DNA from: an uncultured Methanosarcinaceae archaeon
GTDB lineage: Archaea; Halobacteriota; Methanosarcinia; Methanosarcinales; Methanosarcinaceae
Direction: 5' to 3'
Assembly (NCBI GenBank): GCA_963721455.1
Contig: CAVRJG010000041.1
Location: 1 to 64,000 of the forward strand
DNA: 64,000 nt
Below, piece after piece: positions 53,942 through 64,000 of this stretch; the first letter of the stretch is position 1; each line of letters opens with the position of its first letter. The notes beneath the pieces are model-generated. The model saw only the letters and a program-made list of their open reading frames with translations, ran no database searches and was not told the origin of the DNA. The position numbers and the translations under genes are program-made.

Positions 53942-54829
53942 ATGCTAAAAAGACAACTAGGAACCCTATTCCTGGTAACATGCCTTATTTTAACAACCGT
54001 ACCGGCTGTATTAGGCGGTCAGGACACACAAACAGTAACTGTTGCCGGAGATGGAAGCGGAGACTTCAACTGTGATGGAAAAGACGATCACGTCCAGATT
54101 AATCAGGCCCTTGATTATGCAGCAAAGAATCCAGGCACAACTGTCCACCTTAAAGGCCCATTCACATATGTTATAGGCGATTCTCTTCTGATAGGCAGCA
54201 ACACAATCCTTGAAGGAGATTCCGGTACAACAATTAAACTTGCCTCAGGATTATCTGTCTGGGGTGGGCGCAAGGTTAGTATTGCAAACGAAAAAGCTAT
54301 GCTTATGATTAAAGGCGATTCTGCAACCGATGTTACAATAAGAAGCTTAACTGTTGATGGTAGTCAGAGCGACTATTATCCTAGTGTCAAGCTTGGAACT
54401 TCCTGTTATAATATGGCAACTTTAATAGGTTGCAATGGGTTAACAATTCGGAATGTTACATTCAAGAATGGATGTAACGATGCCATGCTCATTTCAAAAT
54501 CTAGCAATGTAATGATAGATACAGTAACTGTAAACAAATGTGGGCATGATGGTGTATATGCCTATAATGTAAATGGCATTACAGTTAAGAATTGTAAATT
54601 TATTAACCGGACTAATTCATCCTGTCGATTCTATACTGTTACCGATGGAGTGTTTGCAAATAACGACTGTACTACATCTGGCGGTGGATATGCAGGCTTA
54701 GAATTAGAAGGAACTGTTAAAAACATAGAAGTTTATGGCAACAATTTCCATGATTTAGCTGGTCCTGCAATAGCACACGTGAATACAAAAGAATCTAATG
54801 TAAACATTCATGATAATGTGATCGCTTGA
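53942..54829 (+). CDS. Secreted right-handed parallel beta-helix protein (disaggregatase-related N-terminus)
   Basis: Signal peptide, VAGDGSGDFNCDGKDDHVQINQAL, VHLKGPFTY, beta-helix repeats. Confidence 0.88.
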   Translation: MLKRQLGTLFLVTCLILTTVPAVLGGQDTQTVTVAGDGSGDFNCDGKDDHVQINQALDYAAKNPGTTVHLKGPFTYVIGDSLLIGSNTILEGDSGTTIKLASGLSVWGGRKVSIANEKAMLMIKGDSATDVTIRSLTVDGSQSDYYPSVKLGTSCYNMATLIGCNGLTIRNVTFKNGCNDAMLISKSSNVMIDTVTVNKCGHDGVYAYNVNGITVKNCKFINRTNSSCRFYTVTDGVFANNDCTTSGGGYAGLELEGTVKNIEVYGNNFHDLAGPAIAHVNTKESNVNIHDNVIA

Positions 54830-54861
54830 TCCCATAAGCTAGCATTGCAAAGAAGAATGTC

Positions 54862-54904
54862 TATTCTTAAGCACAGTCTGGTTCAGGTTATGTGCTTAAG
54901 AATA
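54862..54904 (+). terminator. 14-bp perfect stem-loop downstream of the beta-helix gene
   Basis: TATTCTTAAGCACA-N15-TGTGCTTAAGAATA. Confidence 0.55.
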
Positions 54905-55138
54905 ACATAATAACCAACAAAAGAGCGGGTTCGGAGTACATAAAATGAACTTCGGGCACTCATTTTTTCTCCCTGCAGAATAACTCTACAGAAATGCAGG
55001 CGGAGACTCTAACGGCGTCCAGCCTCATCTTCGGACATAAAGGCACAGACCCGCAGGATGCTGACAGAAGCAATACCATTAAAGTCAATTTCTCAGCCAT
55101 TGGCATGGGAGCCTTCTGACACATAATAACATCCATTA

Positions 55139-55436
55139 CAAATTTTGATTTATGGAAGCTAAAGCTTCTTATATCCGGCCCCTCCAACAACCATCACTAG
55201 AACAGCGATATTGAAGAGTGGAGACTCTGCATAACGTATCCGCCCCACATAAATCGCAGAGAACCGAATTGGATAGGTTCAAAAATATTACGCAGACGTA
55301 ATAAGTATTTTGAAAACCCGTATAGAGCCGACTTGATTGGAGAATTCGATATAACCCTACCTGATTAGATAGTTCGGAAAAAAGTATTACGAGTACGTAA
55401 TATGGAATTTTGAGAAATATTTGGGAAAAAGTATAT
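55139..55436 (+). repeat. Structured ~300-bp non-coding element, copy B (no intact gene downstream)
   Basis: Direct repeat of 53580-53878. Confidence 0.85.
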
Positions 55437-56834
55437 ATTGCTTTATAATCGTAACTATTCAGCTCACGCAAAACAACCTCGATAGCCATCTTTACAAAAT
55501 CCGATGGGCAAATTTCTCTGAATTGATTTTATTTAATTGTTGGCTATTGATTACGTTTTTTCATTTTTTACCAGTTAGTAATCAGACTTCTCTGTTTTTT
55601 AAAATCAATATCAACCAACTAATTTTGGTAGGCTGAATAGTTACCATATTTTTAAGATTATACTACTTCCCTGATGACACGGAAGATATTGTCATACTGT
55701 ACGATGGCGAGAGAGCTACCCAGGATACACTCATGACAGAATATAAGGAACTTGCGAGCCATTACACATCAGTCGGAATATACACAGGCTATTCTTCAAA
55801 TACTCCTCCAACAGCTTCTTATGAATGTATTATGGGTGCAGCTCCGAATACGGGGTATATCCTGCACGTAACAAATATCTGATAAGGAGGGTTGACAGTA
55901 GATTGATATTTTTGAAATGGCGAGTATGGGTTATTCACCAAGAGTCAGACTGCTCTGGAGTCAGGAGCAATGAGGGGCAAAAGGAGTTCTCGGAGAAGGG
56001 AGAAAAGGGGAATTGAACTCTTTACTTTCATTTCATATACCGCGGTATGCCAACTTTAAAATTTTTTATGCCAAACTATTTTTTGCTTAAAAAGAATTTT
56101 TTGTATAATTAATTTAAAATAATTTATGTTCTTATTATATTATGGAGTTGGGAAGTGAAATTAGGTATTCTACCACATAAATAAAAGAATCTCCTGGAGG
56201 CAACTGATCCTTCTTCGAATCGATGTGCTTGGCGGAGCATAATATTCGGAGAGACTGTATTGGGGGATACAGTAAACGGATGCAGTGCCTCTGGTCTATT
56301 TCTCGTATTTTTATTACTGTTCTTTTGCCCTATTTTTTTCATGCTCCTTGTTGAGTTTGCTTCAAAGCTAATATTGGCTTGAAAACATAACTTCTTCATG
56401 TTTCTTTTTATGAGATTTAAGGAAAGAGGTTTATTGAATACATAGTTCTCGATTTCTGTAGATCCACGGTATTCTCTTCTGTTCGAAATCAATAATTCTG
56501 CTTAGCAGCCGATCTATCTGAAGCTGCAGCTTCATAATTATTCTCCTTTTTTTAATCCGTTGTGCCCGGAACTCTTACTTTTTTTATTTTAAAATACATT
56601 CTGGCTGCTGTATGAGCATCCTACAATACCTTTCGTTGTTGAATCTTTAGGGAGTAAAATTTAGTTACTAGCGATAATTTTTGAGTTTATCTATCTTTTG
56701 CCGGAGCTTGTGCCTGAAATTGGGAAAAACGGATTCCTCTTCTTAATTTATTTTATATATATCCTAAATTTTATATAGTGTTCTTCCTTTATAGATTGTT
56801 AATCTTGAATTTTCTTTTATCTATAATCTGTGGG

Positions 56835-58928
56835 GTGTCCAGAATAGATATTAGTAAAAAGGTTTTTATAATAACCATTTTAATTTTTGCAATTCTTATT
56901 GCTGCATTTACGTTTTCCCATAATATGCAGCTTTCAAACTTTTTGGAGCTTGAACAGGCGGGCACATTGGATAATGTTGGGAGGGTACAGAATGCCGTTT
57001 CTACACAGCAGGGGTATCTTGATTATATAGTCCAGGATTGGGCCTGCTGGAATGATACCTACCAGTTCATTGACGATAGAAACCAGCAGTACATAGATGT
57101 AAACCTTCAGAACCAGACGCTTGCCGGAATCAACGTTGACATTATGCTTTTTGTAAATGATTCCGGATCTCTTATCTACGCAAAATCGATAGATGTTAAT
57201 ACTGCAATGGAAAGGCCGGTTCCTGAAGAGCTTCTCAAAATGGTGGAAGACGGTACTCTTCTCACAAAATCTAAAGACGGCAACATAAGCGGTTTTGTTT
57301 TGCTCGATCAGGACCCCATGTTTATTGCCTGCCATCCCATCCTGACGACAAAGTACCAGGGGCCTGTAAAGGGCACCCTGATTTTCGGGAGATACTTTGA
57401 CAGCACTCTTCTCGACTCTTTCAAAGAGGTTACCCGCTCTTCCCTTGTGATGTACAGGGTCGATAGAGATATGCCTCCTGATTTTCAGGAAAAACTTCCT
57501 ACATTTTCCGGGCATGCTGGAAGGCCTGTGGTCGAGCCCCTTAGCGAAGATAAAATAGCAGGTTATTTTGAATTGAATGACACTTCAGGCAAGCCTGCCC
57601 TTATTATGAGAGCGGACTTTCCGAGAGAACTCTATTTGCATGGCGAGAAAACCCTGAATAATATGTATTTCTTCCTTTTGCTAACCGGCCTTATGACCGG
57701 GGTTGGAGTTAAATTTGTGCTTGACAGGCTATTCATTTCAAGGTTGAGAGGAATTGACAATTTCGTTACACGGGTCCGGTCGGAAAAAGACCTTTCCAAA
57801 AGATTATCTCTTAAAGATAATGATGAACTTTACCGCCTTTCAAGGGAAATAAACGGGATGTTAAATGAAATCGATCTTGCAGAACAGGAATTAAAAGCAC
57901 AGGAACGGGAAAAGAAAGTTCTGCTCGACTGTCTGAACGAACTTGTTTTTTTCGTAAACCCCCAGCTTAATATCATCTGGGCAAACAAGGCTGCCCTTGA
58001 ATATCTGCAGATAAGCCTTGAAAAAGCAGCGGGCGTATGCCTTAAAGCTACTTCGGGAACAAGCGGCCCGTTATCCGATTACCTTCAGCTTGAGCAGATC
58101 TTTGTAACAGGCAATAAAAAGTCAGGGGAATTTACCGCAAAAGACGGCAGGACCTGGTTTGTCCAGGCAATCCCGGTAACCGAGGAGGATGGAAAGATTA
58201 TAGGGGTCCTGGAAATGTTCAGGGATATTACGGAAAAGACGAAAGTCGAGCAGCTGCGGAAGAAAGAGATCAACCATAGAATTAAAAACAACCTGCAGAT
58301 AGTTTCGTCTTTGCTTGATCTTCAAGCCGAAAAGTTCAGTGACCGAAAAGTCATTGAAGCTTTTAAGGAAAGTGAAAGCCGCATTTTATCGATGTCTCTT
58401 ATACACCAGGAACTTTACGAATCCGGAAAACTGGACTCCCTTGATTTTTCGTCCTATCTTCGTAAACTGATAACAGATCTTCTCAAATCATACGATACTG
58501 AAAATGGCAAAATCCGGGTAAATCTCGATGTCAGCAGCGTTTTCCTTGGGGTTGATACTGCCGTTTCTCTGGGCATCCTAATAAATGAACTGTTTACAAA
58601 CTCTTTCAAATATGCTTTTCCAGCAGGAGCCGGCGGAGAAATCAATATATCCCTGACCAGAGAAAAATCCGCGGAAGAAGCAAATGAAAACAAAGCCCGA
58701 GGCAAAATTCTCTCTGAAAGTCTCGCAAAAATTCGCGAGGAAAATGAAAACTACAAGCTTATTTTTGAAGATAACGGAAGAGGATTTCCAGAAGGATTCG
58801 ATTTCAGGAACTCGGAAACGCTGGGTTTGCAGCTTGTAAATGCCCTTGTAGATCAGATAGATGGCAGCCTCGATCTGGAAAAGGGGAAGGGCACGAAGTT
58901 TATTATTAAATTCAAGAATGAGATTTAA
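56835..58928 (+). CDS. Membrane sensor histidine kinase (CHASE4-HAMP-PAS-HisKA_2-HATPase)
   Basis: DWACWNDTY (CHASE4), DELYRL..IN.ML (HAMP), EINHRIKNNLQ, NELFTNSFKYAF, DNGRG, LGLQLV; start uncertain (56778 or 56835). Confidence 0.9.
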   Translation: MSRIDISKKVFIITILIFAILIAAFTFSHNMQLSNFLELEQAGTLDNVGRVQNAVSTQQGYLDYIVQDWACWNDTYQFIDDRNQQYIDVNLQNQTLAGINVDIMLFVNDSGSLIYAKSIDVNTAMERPVPEELLKMVEDGTLLTKSKDGNISGFVLLDQDPMFIACHPILTTKYQGPVKGTLIFGRYFDSTLLDSFKEVTRSSLVMYRVDRDMPPDFQEKLPTFSGHAGRPVVEPLSEDKIAGYFELNDTSGKPALIMRADFPRELYLHGEKTLNNMYFFLLLTGLMTGVGVKFVLDRLFISRLRGIDNFVTRVRSEKDLSKRLSLKDNDELYRLSREINGMLNEIDLAEQELKAQEREKKVLLDCLNELVFFVNPQLNIIWANKAALEYLQISLEKAAGVCLKATSGTSGPLSDYLQLEQIFVTGNKKSGEFTAKDGRTWFVQAIPVTEEDGKIIGVLEMFRDITEKTKVEQLRKKEINHRIKNNLQIVSSLLDLQAEKFSDRKVIEAFKESESRILSMSLIHQELYESGKLDSLDFSSYLRKLITDLLKSYDTENGKIRVNLDVSSVFLGVDTAVSLGILINELFTNSFKYAFPAGAGGEINISLTREKSAEEANENKARGKILSESLAKIREENENYKLIFEDNGRGFPEGFDFRNSETLGLQLVNALVDQIDGSLDLEKGKGTKFIIKFKNEI

Positions 58929-59230
58929 ATTGATGGTAAGAAGCATACCGGAGAAGTGATAACTTTACAGCTATTAGAACCTTCCAACCCTGGTTGCTTA
59001 AATTTTATTCCTTTTTTTTATTTTTAAGATCAACAGTAAATAGGAATCGTGGAAAGAGATTCATACCGGTCTAGCAGCTCTGGGAAATTAAAGTAAAAAT
59101 AAAAAAGTAAAAATAAAAAAGTAAAAATTTCAGGTAAATTTATAGGCTTTTTTCTGCCAGTTTTTACTTTTCGTCCCTTATTTTAGACAATAGTAAAAAA
59201 ATATTGTAAATATGAATATTTATTAGCTTG

Positions 59231-59911
59231 TTATCTTTCCTCCAGTAGATATCTTTTAAACCAGTCACCGGCTAAACGGGCAACTTCTTCTAACGCTCCC
59301 TGCTCTTCAAAAAGATGGGTGGCGCCCGGAACAATCTTCAATTCTTTTTCCATTATAACCATTCTGTCTAAAGCCCACCGGTTCAGGTCGATTACCTGAG
59401 TGTCTCTTCCGCCTACAATAAACAACGTCGGTGCCTTTACATACATCAATGCACTTTCAGCAAGGTCAGGCCGTCCTCCTCTGGAAACCACTGCTTTTAC
59501 GGTATCAGACTGTTCTCCTGCAGCTATGAGTGCGGCTGCAGCACCTGTACTTGCCCCAAAGTAACCAAGATTAAGTTTTTTAGTATCCTGCCTATCTAAA
59601 AGCCATCTTGTTGTATCAATAAGCCGCTTTGAAAGCATGTTAATATCAAAACGGAGATCGCGTGTTATCATGTCGATTCTCTCTTCTTCTACTGTCAGGA
59701 GATCAAATAAAAGGGTTGCAAGCCCATTTCTCTGAAGTTCCTGTGCAACGTACTGGTTGCGTGGGCTATGGCGGCTGCTTCCGCTCCCGTGCACAAAAAC
59801 GACAATTCCCTTTGCTTCTTCAGGAATATCCAGGTTTCCATCAAGATAAATTGAGCCACTTGGAATGCGGACTCCTGCATTCCTTTTACCCGTATCCGGT
59901 GATTCGCTCAT
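59231..59911 (-). CDS. Dienelactone hydrolase-family alpha/beta hydrolase
   Basis: HGSGSSRHSPRN, GYFGASTG, SRGGRPDL, GATHLFEE. Confidence 0.9.
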   Translation of the reverse strand: MSESPDTGKRNAGVRIPSGSIYLDGNLDIPEEAKGIVVFVHGSGSSRHSPRNQYVAQELQRNGLATLLFDLLTVEEERIDMITRDLRFDINMLSKRLIDTTRWLLDRQDTKKLNLGYFGASTGAAAALIAAGEQSDTVKAVVSRGGRPDLAESALMYVKAPTLFIVGGRDTQVIDLNRWALDRMVIMEKELKIVPGATHLFEEQGALEEVARLAGDWFKRYLLEER

Positions 59912-59978
59912 ATTAACCCCCCAAAAGACTTTATTATAAACCACAGGTCTGCAAGTGAGTAAACATCAGGTTTGCCTC

Positions 59979-60632
59979 TTACTTCGCCGGAAGGCTCCTT
60001 GCCTTATCCAGCAGTTCACAGACTTCTTCGTCGGCAGTTTGACTGAAATTCCCATACCAGGCTCCGACCCCATAGAACGGTTCAGGTGTAGCAACACATA
60101 TTACTTCATCGACCTCTTTTTCAAAGAACCTGCATGTATCAGGTGCAGCCGTAGGAACTGCAACCACTATTTTAGCCGGGTTTTTAGTTTTAAGGGCAGC
60201 AGCCGCTGCACGCATTGTTGCGCCTGTCGCAAGCCCGTCATCTATCAAAATTACAGTCGAGCCGCTTATTTGCGGTTTGGGCCTATTCCCACGATAAGTG
60301 CGTTCCCTGCGTTCAAGTTCCCTGAGCTCATTCGCAGCTACCGTATCAATTACCCTTTCGGGTATCTGAAAAGACCTGACCACATCTTCATTCAACACCC
60401 GGATATTGTCAGAGGCAATCGCTCCCATTGCCAGCTCTTCATTTCCGGGTACTCCTAACTTCCGCACTATAAAAACATCCATTTTTACATTCAGTTCCTT
60501 TGCAACTTCAAAAGCTACCGGGACCCCACCACGCGGAAGCGCCAGTATAAGTACATCTGGACGGTTTGCATACTTTGAAAGTTCTTTTGCCAGCTTTCTT
60601 CCTGCATCGACTCTATCTTTAAAAAGTGCCAT
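59979..60632 (-). CDS. Phosphoribosyltransferase family protein
   Basis: FKDRVDAG, LPRGGVPVA, VILIDDGLATGAT. Confidence 0.92.
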   Translation of the reverse strand: MALFKDRVDAGRKLAKELSKYANRPDVLILALPRGGVPVAFEVAKELNVKMDVFIVRKLGVPGNEELAMGAIASDNIRVLNEDVVRSFQIPERVIDTVAANELRELERRERTYRGNRPKPQISGSTVILIDDGLATGATMRAAAAALKTKNPAKIVVAVPTAAPDTCRFFEKEVDEVICVATPEPFYGVGAWYGNFSQTADEEVCELLDKARSLPAK

Positions 60633-60875
60633 TAGCCCCTTCAACCCCCATATTGAACTGGATTAATTGATAAGATAAGCTCTGTTAATTTATAGTATAT
60701 ATTTTCAAAGCTTTAAATATATAGATTATAAATTTAAGTTTAAACTATTATATAATTGCGATTTTGATACAATAGAGGCCAGGTGAAAGCAAAACTTTAA
60801 AAATATTATTCTATTTTCAGGTGACTTGCCTGTTTTGTAGCGGAGAGTAATATCTTGTTAAATTCATCTTAAGTT

Positions 60876-60951
60876 AAAAACGAGTATGTCCCCCCGTATT
60901 TGCGGAAAATGAAAAGGGATTCTCATGATTATGGTTTTCAATAACTCACCC
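60876..60951. repeat. Partial inverted copy of the MITE at 18896-18990
   Basis: Reverse complement reads GAGTTATTGAAAACCATAA..GAATC.CTTTTCATTTTCCGCAAATA.GGGGG. Confidence 0.8.
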
Positions 60952-61169
60952 AACGACCGAATCCGGCCTTTTGTGTATTATTGTGTCTTTACTCAGTTTG
61001 TTTTTTTGTTCCTGCTGAGGTATATGAATTCTTTTTTGGGACTTCTTAATTGTTCTCTACTCTCATGGGCATAATTATTTAATTTCAGGTCACCAGTATA
61101 ATTCAGATATATCCTGCTGAACTCTTTTTTCGCGCCCTCATTTGAATAAGTTCTCCTAAAGGTAACTAT

Positions 61170-61805
61170 ATGAAACGCAACACAAAGGAATGGAAAGAAA
61201 AAAGGGCCGAGTTTCTCAAAGGCAAAACCTGTGCGTGGTGCGGGTCTTCCGATTCCCTGTGCATCCATACTCCCAGGGCTTTTTCTCCGGCACACGTCAG
61301 CTCCGAGATTTATAGTGCTGCATATGCCAGGTTCAGGGAAGTTTATAGGGAAAAATACCAGAAATTTGATTGCATGTCAACTGGCAAGCACCGTCATAAA
61401 AGCCACCCTGCCTGGCATAAAGCCTCGACAGTGCATAAAACCGAGCCTGACCATACTGACCTTGAAGAACAGTGTATTGAAGTGCTTGTAGAAGACTCAG
61501 GAGAAGGAAACTTCAAAAAGCTTTATCATGAATGGCTTGAAGAAAGCGGAATTAAAGAGCTGATTGAAGAAGAGATTAAAAAAGCAGGGGAAGAATGCGA
61601 GTCTCTGACAAACGCAATTGCACTTTGCAAACGCTGTCATTTTGCAAGCCTCAGGGGTATGAATCTCTGCCCTGTATGCAGGAATAAATATAAGTCCTTA
61701 AACTATGAGACCTGCTTTGATTGCCTGCCAAAAGAGAAAAAGGAGGAAGTTCTGGCAAGGCAAAAAAGAGAATTTTCCGGAGAATTCAGGGCAGATTCCC
61801 TATAA
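61170..61805 (+). CDS. Cys-rich hypothetical protein, split HNH-like zinc-binding motifs
   Basis: EWKEKR..CAWCG..LCIH ... LCKRCH..CPVC..CFDC. Confidence 0.7.
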   Translation: MKRNTKEWKEKRAEFLKGKTCAWCGSSDSLCIHTPRAFSPAHVSSEIYSAAYARFREVYREKYQKFDCMSTGKHRHKSHPAWHKASTVHKTEPDHTDLEEQCIEVLVEDSGEGNFKKLYHEWLEESGIKELIEEEIKKAGEECESLTNAIALCKRCHFASLRGMNLCPVCRNKYKSLNYETCFDCLPKEKKEEVLARQKREFSGEFRADSL

Positions 61806-61846
61806 ATCGTTTTTCGGCATGTATAATTTCTGGAAATATCTTTTTT

Positions 61847-62065
61847 TCAGAGAAGAGCCCAACCACTTCCTCCACAGGCCCTGCAAGTCCCTATTTCCAG
61901 GCATCCGGCCCCATTGCAGAGAGGACATGTTATTGCAGGCTGGGCAACGAGCACATCTCCCTGCCCTCCGCAAGCTTCACAAGTTCCACTTTCAGCATGT
62001 CCGGTTCCGCTACAAAGAGAGCATTTTTCCGGAGCGTATTCGGTATCTATATACGTATGAAACAT
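61847..62065 (-). CDS. Stand-alone DnaJ-type zinc finger protein
   Basis: Four CxxCxGxG repeats in 72 aa. Confidence 0.8.
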   Translation of the reverse strand: MFHTYIDTEYAPEKCSLCSGTGHAESGTCEACGGQGDVLVAQPAITCPLCNGAGCLEIGTCRACGGSGWALL

Positions 62066-62234
62066 CTTACCACCTTCAAAGATCCGATTGCAAAAATATT
62101 ATCTGAAAAATCCTTTTGATACCTATTTTCGGCGTTCTGGGTTAAAAGATCTTGCAAAAAGATAAAAAGGAAAAAGTTATAACTGAATTGGCGGCTTTTC
62201 TTTTCTTTCAGTATCGGTGGGCTTTTCTCATCGG

Positions 62235-62600
62235 TGCCCCTAAAATATTTCATTATTTTTTGCAGCAAGTACGATACAAGGAGACAAGGTCATCAATATT
62301 GCTGGAGAGCACCCTGGGAAGATTGAAGAGTTAATGATCGATCCCGAAGATGGGAGAGTCGCATATTCAGTACTCTCTTTTGGAGGATTCCCGGATATTG
62401 GAAATAAACTGTTTGCTATCCCCGGGGAAGCTCTTCCAGTGAGGCCGCATGAGTACGTTTTCGCCCTTAATATTAGCAAGGAATCCTGGAAAAGGCAGAA
62501 GGCTTTGATAAGGATCACTGGCTTACGACTGACCGTGAGTGGCTTTCTTGCATGTACAGTTACTGTGGATACCAGCCTTAATGGCAGGTAGAGGTGCCGG
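62235..62600 (+). pseudogene. PRC-barrel protein remnant
   Basis: GDKVINIAGEHPGKIEELMIDPEDGRVAYSVLSFGGF..KLFAIP; frameshift near 62495, no clear start. Confidence 0.7.
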
Positions 62601-62715
62601 GGCAGACAGAGACAACGAGAGAGAAAATAGAAAGGAAACTTTAAATATACTCGGGAGACCTGCTGTCATGTCTCCCAGAGCTTAGAGTCTCTTCAGGACT
62701 TTTAATTTTTACTGG

Positions 62716-63855
62716 TTATGCTTTACGAAATAATTTTTCTTTTTCTGTCAAAAGAGTTGCAAGTAGCGATTTTTTAATTTCTACCGCATTATTGGGGCAG
62801 AGTTCGCGACAGCAGTAACATAAAATACACTTCTCGCGATTGATCCTGAAGCTTCCGTCTTCAAGCCGTTCCACAGCATGGGGGGAGCAGTTCAAATAGC
62901 AAGCTCCGCAGCGGGTACATTTTTTCCTGTTGATCCTGGGATAAATGTTATAATATTTGCCGAGGCTGCGGGTCAGAAAAGTAGGAGCTGTGCTGACTCC
63001 TCCGCTGGATTGTTTGAATTTCATTTTGACTTCTTTCAAAGGCGTTCCGACCACAACCGGACACTGGTTTCCGAAGCCTTTTTTGATGGCGCCTGCAGTT
63101 GTGGGTATCCTCAAGGGATCAAAGCCAATCAGTTCCGCAGCAACGATATCCAGGGAAACACAATCCGGGCTTGCCAGGATTACACCGGAATTTACAGGCT
63201 TTCCATGAGAAGGTCCATTTCCTTCCATGCCCATAACCCCATCCATGACTGCAAAGGCGGGCCTGATAGCAGAGTATACGTCTGCAACAGCTTCCCCAAA
63301 AAGGTCTCTTTTTCCAAGAAGATGCATTTCTTTGCGGCATTTCAGGGGAAGGGCCCCGAAAAAGTTCTTGACCGCGCCTGTGTAATAGGTAAGTTCATGA
63401 GTTTTCAATTTTGGAAGAGATATCACTACATCGGCTTCAAGGACAGGATTTGCAATGTATAATTTGCGGAATTGCAGGGGGTCAGGAATATCTACCAGGG
63501 TAAAGCCCGCAGTTTCGAAATTTACTACCTGGGCCCCGGCCTTTCGGGCAGATTCCTCTATGCCTGAAGTTTTCAGGGCTTTTGAGGTGGTTCCTGGCCT
63601 TGAGATTCCAGCTCCGTCTCCGACTACAGGCTTTCCTCCTGCCTGAAGCACGAACTCGCACATCGAGGCTACTATGGAGGGATGAGTGGTTGCTGCACTC
63701 TCTGGAGGGCTGGCTGCAAGAATATTTGGTTTCAGAAGTACGCGGTCTCCTGAATGGATTACGTTTTCAAGGCCTCCGAGCAGGTCCAGAGCTTCTGCTA
63801 TTGCTCTTTTTGTGTCAGAATAATCAGGGCAGCGGACTATGGAGACTTTACTCAC
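62716..63855 (-). CDS. DUF362 protein with C-terminal 2x[4Fe-4S] ferredoxin domain
   Basis: VLLKPN, TTHP, SLPKLKTH, GAVKN, MEGNGP; CTRCGAC..C and CILCYCCRELCP. Confidence 0.92.
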   Translation of the reverse strand: MSKVSIVRCPDYSDTKRAIAEALDLLGGLENVIHSGDRVLLKPNILAASPPESAATTHPSIVASMCEFVLQAGGKPVVGDGAGISRPGTTSKALKTSGIEESARKAGAQVVNFETAGFTLVDIPDPLQFRKLYIANPVLEADVVISLPKLKTHELTYYTGAVKNFFGALPLKCRKEMHLLGKRDLFGEAVADVYSAIRPAFAVMDGVMGMEGNGPSHGKPVNSGVILASPDCVSLDIVAAELIGFDPLRIPTTAGAIKKGFGNQCPVVVGTPLKEVKMKFKQSSGGVSTAPTFLTRSLGKYYNIYPRINRKKCTRCGACYLNCSPHAVERLEDGSFRINREKCILCYCCRELCPNNAVEIKKSLLATLLTEKEKLFRKA

Positions 63856-64000
63856 GGCTGGAAAATAAATGGGCTTATTATTAAATTCCTTTCCGGTCCG
63901 AGTTCATTTGCCTTTTTTCTCGAACTTTTTTCTTAACTTTTTCTTTTATCGGTTTTTAATCCCTATCATGGAATCTATTTCTTCAGCTATGTTTTCGAGT

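Noticed and set aside
55660-55880. Open frame fragment after element copy B
   Set aside because: No start codon or recognisable family; may be debris of the gene that copy B once led.

Overview
Methanosarcina-type archaeal chromosome, judged from pyrrolysine-decoding methylamine methyltransferases, class I LysRS and archaeal tRNAs. 1-1.3 kb: two transposase remnants. 1.4-17.3 kb: core genes (U32 protein, lysK) and the mtbC-mttB-mttC-mttP-orf-orf-mtbB operon with in-frame amber codons, ending at tRNA-Pro(GGG). 17.3-20 kb: decayed accessory DNA. 20-29 kb: mutS, mutL, a candidate sRNA, cbiD, cbiE and a FlaK-like peptidase. The most striking structure is at 29.3-48.2 kb. An intact tRNA-Val(CAC) is followed by five direct copies of its own 3' half, which delimit five stacked cargo segments with no intact integrase. 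The segments carry a nuclease and an Abi fragment, a TA pair and a surface protein, a ComEC-like nuclease, small coiled-coil and surface genes, and an acetyltransferase, and they open with related short, decayed, converging ORF tails. 48-64 kb: mostly core genes, plus a duplicated ~300 bp highly structured non-coding element flanking a secreted beta-helix gene. All calls come from reading the sequence and recalled family motifs; no searches or folding programs were run.
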